From positions 499,614 through 563,613 of the forward strand of contig CAXXPS010000001.1 in NCBI GenBank assembly GCA_963669415.2: a stretch of 64,000 nucleotides of DNA. The letters are read 5' to 3'. The notes beneath the pieces were generated by a model. The model was not told the DNA's origin. It did not search any database and saw only the letters and a list, made by a program, of their open reading frames with translations. The translations under genes and the position numbers were made by a program. This DNA comes from Rhizobiaceae bacterium. GTDB lineage: Bacteria; Pseudomonadota; Alphaproteobacteria; Rhizobiales; Rhizobiaceae. Positions 57,079-64,000 of the stretch are shown here, one piece after another. Each line of letters begins with the position of its first letter. The first letter of the stretch is position 1.

Positions 57079-60000
57079 ATGGCGGTTTGCCGATGATGTG
57101 CCTGTTTGAGATATTCCGCCAGGCCGCGCCATGGGCACGGAAGAAAATCAAGAGCAAGAAACAAGCTGCAGCTTTGAACCCAATGGTAATCTCCGAGGCG
57201 GATCGGGCACGACTCGTAGATGCCTCGAAAGCGGAAACCGATCGCTCCAAAGATTCAATTCCGATCAACATCGCTTTTTCCCATTCCGGGCTGGAGGCGC
57301 TCAGTCTGCACCCGGAGACGCTCCGCTCGTTTCCCGATGTGTTCAAGGAAGGAATGGCTGCCCGCGCCGAGCGCCTCGGCGACACCGGAGCCAGCGCGCC
57401 TGAAAACTGGGATGGTGCACTGGGCCTGAAGAGCATCCATGGCCATTTCAGCAGCCGGTTTGCAATCGGTGATGATGGTGATGTTGCCGATGAAGCGCCG
57501 TGGACGCGCCTGCGCGAAGATATTCGCATGTTCAATTACCGCGCCGGGCCGCGGGGCAAGTTGCTGCGCGCGTTGCTGGCAACCCTGTTCAGGCCGCTTG
57601 GCATGGAGATCATGCATATCGAACTTGGGCAGGACCCTTACAGTGTAGAAGAACGACCCGACGAGGATGGCGGACCGGGTCGCAGGATCATGGTGCCGGA
57701 AAAGTACCGGCGTGAGCATTTCGGTTTCCGTGACGGGATCAGCCAGCCATTCGTCGACATTGGTCTTGCCCCCCCGCCGGCAGGCGGCGGCACGCCGCGC
57801 AGAAACCGGACCTGGGACAGTGTCGCTGCCGGTGAGATATTCATCAGTCAAGAGGATGAGGACGGACATCTTCAAGGCCAGCCCGCCAACGAAATGCTTC
57901 GGGCAGGTGCGACCTATGAAATATTCCGCAAGCTTGAGCAGGATGTGATCGGGTTTCGCAATTTTCTCAAGAGCCAACGGTCCACACCTGACGGCCAGGA
58001 AAAACTGGCTGCCCAGTTCATGGGGCGCTGGAAAGACGGCACTCCGCTTATCGTCTCGCCGGACCACGACATGAATCTCGGCCGGGATCTGGACAGCAAG
58101 ACCAATGATTTTCTCTATGCAAAAGACGATCCGCGTGGAGAGCGTTGTCCGCTGGGGGCGCATATAAGGCGGTCCAATCCGCGCGATATCGGCGGCGGTG
58201 CGGATGCAAAACGCCACCGCATCCTCAGGCGCGGTATTGCCTATGGCGGCTCGCTTCTGCCCGAGGGGTCAAATGGCGACGGCGAGGATCGCGGCCTGCT
58301 ATTCGTCTGCGTGAACTCGCGCATCGACCTGCAATTCGAACTGGTTCAATCCAACTGGATCAACAATGGCGAATTTCTCGGCCAAGCAGGGCTTGGACGT
58401 TGCCCGGTGACGGGCTCAAACAATGGACGCGTCTCCGACCGGTTCTTCGAATCCGGCGCCATTGCCCCAGTCCACCATATTCCCCGTTTTGTCACCACGA
58501 GGGGCGGCGACTATTTCTTCCTGCCTGGCGTCAAGGCGCTGCGGCTCATGGCTCAAGGTGACAAGTTTGAGCCGGATGCTGACTGGAAAGGCGGTGGCTG
58601 GCTGGATGATATCGTCACTCCGTCAATGATCGCCGAAACCCGGATCCGGCGATATGTGGCCCGCATGGTGTTGCTCGACAACAAGGAACGCTCGATTGTC
58701 ATCCGGCCGCCCGAGACCCATTCCGGCGGGACGCTGCCCTATCCGCATCAGATCGAGGAAGACCCGCTTGCCGGTGACCCGATTACGGTTGTCGGGTTGC
58801 ACAAGGACGTCAAAAAGGTTCTCGCCGACAATACCGGCGGAGATTTGCTGTTTTCGGTTCGCAATTATCGCGACGCCTGCCGTCGTGCCACTCGCGGCTA
58901 CGATCTTCTGATCGGCACCGAGCTTGGAACCAAGGTGGAACCGACCCGAAAGCGGCTGCAGGAAGTTTTGAAATTGGTCTGGGCACAGTTCTCCACCCAT
59001 GTCGATTTCCAGGCAGAAATGGCGAAAATCGCCGATAAGAGCATCAATGACGCGATCAACCGGACCAGCCAACGGGGTCAAATTGATCTGGTCCGCGACC
59101 TGGCAACGGACACCGTCTACAATATCGTCTCCGAATTATTTGGTGTCGGCGGACCGAGCTGGCTGACCGAGATTGCCATTGCGCTGCCATTCAAGCGCAA
59201 GCAGGTGGGCGATCTGGAGCGCGACTGGTTGAGCGCCATCAAGCGCGACAAACCGGAAAACCCGAGCCAGATCACCTTGCAGCTCTGGTCTTTGATTTTC
59301 CTTGCCGATCTGGTTGGTAACCAGTTGCGGATGGGTGAATTGAACGAGTTGGCTCGCTCATCGGGGGCCGAGTTCCTGGGTCATTTGGAACTGGAGTTGA
59401 AGAAAGCACGCACGCAAAAACGGACCGATCCGAAAACGCTGTTGGAGATGTTCGTCCATTGTGAGGATGATGCGATCCAAATGGTGCGGAACGCGGCGGG
59501 CTTCGGCGGCAATCCGGACTACTCGGTGGACGACTACTTCATCGACGTGCTGGTGTTGATGCTCGAACTCGTCGGGACTCCGATGTCGGTCATTCCAACC
59601 GCATGGGGTAATGTGATTGGCGGCATACTCAATGCGGGAATTGACCTGCAGAGCATGTTTGCGATCTTCGGCGATCCAGGGCCGGATCCATTTCCTGAGT
59701 TGCCCGGTGGCGGCGGGCGTGAAGCAAGCTGGGTTACGCGGCTTGCCTATGAGGTCGACCGGCTGAATCCCTCGTTCAAGATGTTCCTGCGGCGCAGCGA
59801 ACAGACCAATGTCATCGATGAGGAATTGACGATCGAAAAGGGTCACTGGGTGGCGGCGCTGGCGGTGGCGGCAAACCTCGATAAGGAAGCTTTCCCCGAT
59901 CCCTTTACGTTTTCGCTTGGGGAAAAATTTAACGGTCCACGCCGTGAAATGGGAGACTATCTCATGTTCGGCTCAGCCGGCGGCAATCGCGATTGCTGGG

Positions 60001-60170
60001 GTAGGGACCGGATGGCGCTTTACCTGATCGTTCAGTTCCTCCGCGCTTGTTCCCGGCTGGATGGGTTGCGCAAGGTGGCCGGTCCCGGTGGCGATGCACA
60101 GAAGCTGCTAAAGATCACTATCGGCCAGCCGGCAAGGTTTGCGCGGCAAAGGATCAAAGCAACCGCCTGA
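56973..60170 (+). CDS. DyP-type haem peroxidase fused to a C-terminal cytochrome P450-like domain (frame 0; true 5' end uncertain)
   Basis: DyP motifs: INIAFSHSGLEAL, the GXXDG motif HFGFRDGISQPF (57717-), MGRWKDGTPL, the proximal-His motif CPLGAHIRRSNPRD (His codon 58161), ILRRGIAYG, RGLLFVCVNSRIDLQFELVQSNW, and RGGDYFFLPG. P450 motifs: the K-helix YEVDRLNP (59748-), FPDPFTFSL, and the Cys-ligand loop FGSAGGNRDCWG (Cys codon 59994). Confidence 0.75.
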   Translation: MLSAYFKVLLSSPDLLAAIIAKFEKNPSAAGAAALNGGLPMMCLFEIFRQAAPWARKKIKSKKQAAALNPMVISEADRARLVDASKAETDRSKDSIPINIAFSHSGLEALSLHPETLRSFPDVFKEGMAARAERLGDTGASAPENWDGALGLKSIHGHFSSRFAIGDDGDVADEAPWTRLREDIRMFNYRAGPRGKLLRALLATLFRPLGMEIMHIELGQDPYSVEERPDEDGGPGRRIMVPEKYRREHFGFRDGISQPFVDIGLAPPPAGGGTPRRNRTWDSVAAGEIFISQEDEDGHLQGQPANEMLRAGATYEIFRKLEQDVIGFRNFLKSQRSTPDGQEKLAAQFMGRWKDGTPLIVSPDHDMNLGRDLDSKTNDFLYAKDDPRGERCPLGAHIRRSNPRDIGGGADAKRHRILRRGIAYGGSLLPEGSNGDGEDRGLLFVCVNSRIDLQFELVQSNWINNGEFLGQAGLGRCPVTGSNNGRVSDRFFESGAIAPVHHIPRFVTTRGGDYFFLPGVKALRLMAQGDKFEPDADWKGGGWLDDIVTPSMIAETRIRRYVARMVLLDNKERSIVIRPPETHSGGTLPYPHQIEEDPLAGDPITVVGLHKDVKKVLADNTGGDLLFSVRNYRDACRRATRGYDLLIGTELGTKVEPTRKRLQEVLKLVWAQFSTHVDFQAEMAKIADKSINDAINRTSQRGQIDLVRDLATDTVYNIVSELFGVGGPSWLTEIAIALPFKRKQVGDLERDWLSAIKRDKPENPSQITLQLWSLIFLADLVGNQLRMGELNELARSSGAEFLGHLELELKKARTQKRTDPKTLLEMFVHCEDDAIQMVRNAAGFGGNPDYSVDDYFIDVLVLMLELVGTPMSVIPTAWGNVIGGILNAGIDLQSMFAIFGDPGPDPFPELPGGGGREASWVTRLAYEVDRLNPSFKMFLRRSEQTNVIDEELTIEKGHWVAALAVAANLDKEAFPDPFTFSLGEKFNGPRREMGDYLMFGSAGGNRDCWGRDRMALYLIVQFLRACSRLDGLRKVAGPGGDAQKLLKITIGQPARFARQRIKATA

Positions 60171-60196
60171 CAGGCGAAATGGTGGTTGCGCGACAG

Positions 60197-60697
60197 TCAG
60201 ACCGCGACCCACCCATTCGCCGTCTTCATCCGGTGGGTTATCGTGTTACTGCGGCCGAGCGTTTGTTCGATGAAGCAGCCCTTTTTCGCCGCCTGGATCA
60301 ATTCGGCGACCTTGGCATCCGGATCGTCGCTCTCGATCATGACATCGATCTCAAAGGAGTGCGGTGCGGTTTCGTAGATGCGGCCCTTGGCTTCCCAATT
60401 CCACTGAACCCGCGTCTCGACTTTCAGATCGGTGAGGCTGACGCCCATTCTTTTCGCAAATGCCCTGATCTGGGTCATGATGCAGCCGGTCAAGCCTCCG
60501 ACGAAAAGCGCCAGCGGAGGCGGCGCGCTGGCATCCCCGCCATGAAATGATCCCTCGTCCGTTGCCAACTCGAAAGGACCCTCCTCGAAAGGAAGTTTCA
60601 TCATCACTGCCAGTTCGTTGCGCATCTTGCCGGTCGCATGCCCATTGCAATCAAACTGAACCATCGCCTTTTGCGGCATTCCTGCATTGTCGGTCAT
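60197..60697 (-). CDS. OsmC family peroxiredoxin-like protein
   Basis: 166 aa with the two conserved Cys contexts LTGCIMT and KKGCFIE. Confidence 0.8.
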   Translation of the reverse strand: MTDNAGMPQKAMVQFDCNGHATGKMRNELAVMMKLPFEEGPFELATDEGSFHGGDASAPPPLALFVGGLTGCIMTQIRAFAKRMGVSLTDLKVETRVQWNWEAKGRIYETAPHSFEIDVMIESDDPDAKVAELIQAAKKGCFIEQTLGRSNTITHRMKTANGWVAV

Positions 60698-60700
60698 TGG

Positions 60701-61729
60701 TTATTTATCCTCATTCCAGTGGACCATTGGCTGGCCGGCAACCGGAGCTTCGAACCAGGGGATCATCGTTCCACGCAGGCTGCCAATATAAACCTTGCGC
60801 AGGTCCGGTCCGCCGAAAGTGATGCTTGCCATCCACGGCGCGATGTCACCACCGCAGGCCATCATAAGATCTGGTGTTGCCTCTCCGCGTCCAAACGCTT
60901 CCAGAAGCGCTTTTCCCGCTGCCGAGCCGTGGTCGTCGTCAAGAATGATCCGCAAATCCCCGTCGGGTGTAATCGCAAAAACCCGGTCAGTCATCACATG
61001 GGTGCCCCACAGATTGCCGAACGCGTCAAATGCGATGCCGTCTATGAATGCTCCATGGCTTTCCGGCCCGAAGGTCTCGCGCCCGCTCAGGCTGCCATCG
61101 CTGCCGACGCGAAAACGGGTCACCTTCATCGCTGTTGTTTCGACTGCGTAGAGGAATGCTTCATCAGCATCGAGGCGGATTTCATTGGTGAAAGCCAGCC
61201 CGTCGGCAACAATGCGCAATCCCTTCTCATCGGCCACCGCAATGTATCCGTCGACGATTTTCGTGCGCGCCGCATCCATCCAGTTCGGCACCATGGTCGA
61301 AATCGTCAGCCAGATCCGGTCGAGGCTATCGCGCAGGACGAAATTCACCTTGCCGATCGGTCTGCCATCAATAGTGTCATGGAGCACCTTCGTTTCGCCG
61401 GTGCGCTTCATCACTTCCAGACGATCCGTGCCGAAATTGGAAATCAGGATGTCTCCGTTACGAGCAAATGCCAGTCCGTTTGGCAGCGTGCCTTCTGTGA
61501 AGCGGGAAGCGTCGTCCGTCGCATCGGCAAAGTCTGAACGCTCAGACTGCGTGATGAGCGACTGTGATCCATCAGGCCTGATATGGACGACACCGCCGCG
61601 CGCGTCTGCCGACCATAGCGACCCGTCAGGTTCGGCAAGAATGCATTCCGGCCGTTGCAGGTCGTGGCCAATGGTTTTGATGGACGCAGGATCGACCTCG
61701 AACCCGTCGATCGGGTTTGGAAGGACCAT
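60701..61729 (-). CDS. SMP-30/gluconolactonase/LRE family protein
   Basis: 342 aa. It has six-bladed-propeller-type repeats with PNGLAF, DGIAFD and ECILAEPDGSLW segments. Confidence 0.8.
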   Translation of the reverse strand: MVLPNPIDGFEVDPASIKTIGHDLQRPECILAEPDGSLWSADARGGVVHIRPDGSQSLITQSERSDFADATDDASRFTEGTLPNGLAFARNGDILISNFGTDRLEVMKRTGETKVLHDTIDGRPIGKVNFVLRDSLDRIWLTISTMVPNWMDAARTKIVDGYIAVADEKGLRIVADGLAFTNEIRLDADEAFLYAVETTAMKVTRFRVGSDGSLSGRETFGPESHGAFIDGIAFDAFGNLWGTHVMTDRVFAITPDGDLRIILDDDHGSAAGKALLEAFGRGEATPDLMMACGGDIAPWMASITFGGPDLRKVYIGSLRGTMIPWFEAPVAGQPMVHWNEDK

Positions 61730-62667
61730 CAGAAATTCACCATGTCGCCACCCTTCAGCTGGAGCACTTCACGTGCTTCGGCGGGAGAGGCGATACCAAT
61801 GCCGAGTTCTTCAAGAATGGTTCTGATCTTGGTGACTTGATCGGCGTTGGATTTGGCGAGTTCTCCCTTGCCGATGAACAGCGAATCTTCCAGGCCGACT
61901 CGCACATTGCCGCCCATCATCGCTGCCTGGGTGATAAAGGGCATTTGAAACCGGCCTGCCGCCAGCACCGACCAGACATAATCATCGCCAAACAGCCGGT
62001 CAGCCGTCTGTTTCATGAACATGACGTTTTCCATCTCGGCGCCAATGCCGCCAAGAATGCCGAAAATCGACTGCACCAGAAATGGCGGCTTGACCACGCC
62101 GGCATCAACGAAATGCGCGAGATTATAAAGATGCCCGATGTCGTAACATTCGTGCTCGAACCGGGTACCGCATCCTTCGCCCAGATGTTTCAGAATGTAG
62201 GCGATATCGCGGAACGTGTTGCGAAAAATAAAGTCTTCGCTCGCCTCAAGAAATGGCTTTTCCCAATCGTGTTTCCATTTGTCATATTTGTTCGCCAATG
62301 GATGCAGAGCGAAATTCATCGAACCCATGTTCAGCGATGTCATTTCGGGTTCGGCCTTCAGCGGGCCAGCCAATCGCTCCTCCACCGTCATGCCCAACCC
62401 ACCACCGGTGGTGATGTTGATCACCGCATCACTTGACTGTTTGATCCGCGGCAAGAACTGCATGAACACTTCCGGATCAGGCGTCGGCATGCCGGTCTCC
62501 GGATCGCGTGCATGCAAGTGGATGATTGATGCACCGGCTTCGGCCGCGTCGATGGACTGGCGAGCGATTTCGTCGGGGGTGATTGGCAGCGCGTCCGACA
62601 TGGTCGGCGTGTGCACGCCACCGGTAACTGCGCAGGTGATGATCACTTTTTTCATTTTCTGGGCCAT
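61729..62667 (-). CDS. 3-keto-5-aminohexanoate cleavage enzyme family (BKACE/DUF849) protein
   Basis: It has the family N-terminus KVIITCAVTGGVHTPTMS..LPITPDEIA..AEAGASIIHLHARDPETG. 312 aa. Confidence 0.88.
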   Translation of the reverse strand: MAQKMKKVIITCAVTGGVHTPTMSDALPITPDEIARQSIDAAEAGASIIHLHARDPETGMPTPDPEVFMQFLPRIKQSSDAVINITTGGGLGMTVEERLAGPLKAEPEMTSLNMGSMNFALHPLANKYDKWKHDWEKPFLEASEDFIFRNTFRDIAYILKHLGEGCGTRFEHECYDIGHLYNLAHFVDAGVVKPPFLVQSIFGILGGIGAEMENVMFMKQTADRLFGDDYVWSVLAAGRFQMPFITQAAMMGGNVRVGLEDSLFIGKGELAKSNADQVTKIRTILEELGIGIASPAEAREVLQLKGGDMVNF

Positions 62668-62679
62668 ATCGACGTGCTC

Positions 62680-63456
62680 CTAATCGTTGAATATTGCGAC
62701 GGCGCGGGTGAACCCGGCAGAAGCGTTTTTGATCTTCCAGGGAAAGCAGGAAATCTCGAATCCGGTCGCAGGCAGCGTTTCGAGATTGGATAGTTTCTCG
62801 ATGTGGCAGTAACCGATCTCCATGCCGGCGCGATGACCTTCCCAGATGATGGAGGGATCGCCATTCTTGGCAAATTCCTTGGCGGTAAACGCGAACGGCG
62901 CATCCCAGCTCCAGGCGTCGGTTCCCGTGACACGAACGCCACGTTCGAGCAGATACAATGTGGCCTCGCGGCCCATGCCGCACCCTTTCATCAGATAGTC
63001 GTCCATGCCGTAATGGGCGCCGGCAGAGGTGTTGACGACCACGATGTCAAGCGGTTGCAATTCGTGGCCGATACGCTTGAGCTCCGCTTCGACATCATCA
63101 GCGCTGACAACATAGCCGTCTTCGAACTCACGAAAATCCAGCTTCACGCCCGGATTGAAGCACCACTCCAGCGGGACTTCGTCGATGGTGATCGCGCGCT
63201 CACCATTGTTCATGGTCGAGTGATAGTGATACGGCGCATCGAGATGCGTCCCGTTGTGGGTCGCGATCTGCAGCATCTCGACAGCCCATCCCTCTCCACC
63301 CGGCAACTGGTCCTTGGTCAGGCCCGGAAAGAACTGCATTACCTGTTCAGCCGATTGCTGATGGTCGATATAGGTGATGCCCGGAAGCATCGGCGGTGGA
63401 TCGGAGATGATATCGGCTTCCAGCGCAACGGAAAGATCGACAATTCTGCGCGGCAT
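62680..63456 (-). CDS. cyclase family protein (kynurenine formamidase-like metal hydrolase)
   Basis: 258 aa from MPRRIVDLS. It has the metal motif HNGTHLDAPYHY and a later DIVVVNT segment. An AAGGAA RBS precedes the start. Confidence 0.8.
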   Translation of the reverse strand: MPRRIVDLSVALEADIISDPPPMLPGITYIDHQQSAEQVMQFFPGLTKDQLPGGEGWAVEMLQIATHNGTHLDAPYHYHSTMNNGERAITIDEVPLEWCFNPGVKLDFREFEDGYVVSADDVEAELKRIGHELQPLDIVVVNTSAGAHYGMDDYLMKGCGMGREATLYLLERGVRVTGTDAWSWDAPFAFTAKEFAKNGDPSIIWEGHRAGMEIGYCHIEKLSNLETLPATGFEISCFPWKIKNASAGFTRAVAIFND

Positions 63457-63472
63457 ATTCTGATTTCCTTCT

Positions 63473-64000
63473 CTACAATAGTGCGGTTGCAAGCGCCGGG
63501 AATGCGAGCACGGCAATCAGGACAATCAACATCATCAGCGCAAAGGGCGCTGCCCCGGCAAAGATGTCGCCAAGTGTGATCGACGGATCGTCCAGCGATG
63601 ATTTGATAACAAAGACGGAAATACCGAATGGCGGCGTCAGCAGGCCGATTTCAACGGCCAGAACGGTCACGATTCCAAACCAGATCAAGTCGACCTGCAT
63701 GGAAGAGATTACCGGCAGCATCAACGGTACCAAAATCAGCATGATGGATGATGAGTCCAAAATTGTGCCCATCAGGATGACGAGCAACACATAAGCGAAG
63801 ATCACACCCCAAAATCCGATATCGGCGGTGGCGACAAATGTGCCGAACCCGGCAGGAACGCCGGAAAGCGCCAGCATGCGTGAATACATCTGCGCTGCGA
63901 TGATCAGGAAGCAGATCGATGCGGTGACCAGTCCGGTGTCGTTCAGGACCTGCCAGAAATCGGCCCATTTGAGCCGGCGTTTGCCGAGACCAATCAATAT
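63473..64000 (-). CDS. TRAP transporter large permease (DctM family), C-terminal part (5' end outside window)
   Basis: It has the hydrophobic C-terminus GTILDSSSIMLILVPLMLPV ... LLTPPFGISVF typical of DctM. The frame is open to the window edge. Confidence 0.85.
   Translation of the reverse strand: MLIGLGKRRLKWADFWQVLNDTGLVTASICFLIIAAQMYSRMLALSGVPAGFGTFVATADIGFWGVIFAYVLLVILMGTILDSSSIMLILVPLMLPVISSMQVDLIWFGIVTVLAVEIGLLTPPFGISVFVIKSSLDDPSITLGDIFAGAAPFALMMLIVLIAVLAFPALATALL

Noticed and set aside
57255-58217. 320-aa minus-strand ORF inside the DyP region
   Set aside because: It is antisense to a region carrying dense, ordered DyP motifs on the plus strand. Its Arg/Ala-rich composition is typical of shadow ORFs in GC-rich genes.
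60638-61537. 299-aa plus-strand ORF
   Set aside because: It is antisense to the SMP-30 lactonase gene, whose product has clear family features.
1-64000. Search for rRNA, tRNA, CRISPR arrays, integrases, phage modules, restriction-modification or toxin-antitoxin pairs
   Set aside because: I saw no cloverleaf-like tRNA sequences, no regularly spaced short direct repeats and no recombinase, Cas or phage structural signatures in any frame. The only mobile-DNA hints are the MITE-like insert at 46.1 kb and a doubtful IS110 stub at 17.2 kb.

Overview
The window looks like alphaproteobacterial (Hyphomicrobiales/Rhizobiales-like) chromosomal DNA. It holds about 58 protein-coding genes. I saw no rRNA, tRNA, CRISPR array, prophage or recognisable defence system. 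Conserved housekeeping blocks include mutS, a chimeric malic enzyme, prs, the M24 peptidase-pgeF-MidA-lgt run, ubiK, ilvE and cspA. Between them lie accessory segments that look AT-richer by eye. These are: (i) a roughly 1.6 kb tandem segmental duplication carrying paralogous AraC regulators, next to an AraC-nitrilase-flavoprotein module; (ii) a secreted LVIVD/PA-domain protein with a HEAT/STN partner; (iii) a four-gene sulfotransferase operon; (iv) ProVWX-like and frcBCAK-like ABC transporters; (v) a BKACE/cyclase/lactonase/OsmC/TRAP catabolic operon. The most unusual locus is 55.4-60.2 kb. An unknown acidic protein is translationally coupled to a giant gene that appears to fuse a fungal-type (class V/C-D) DyP haem peroxidase, carrying a roughly 290-aa insertion, to a C-terminal cytochrome P450-like domain. 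That P450-like domain lacks the O2-activating I-helix motif. The reading frame of this gene is broken by a -1 frame change. All function calls come from motif and family recognition by eye, and no database searches were run.
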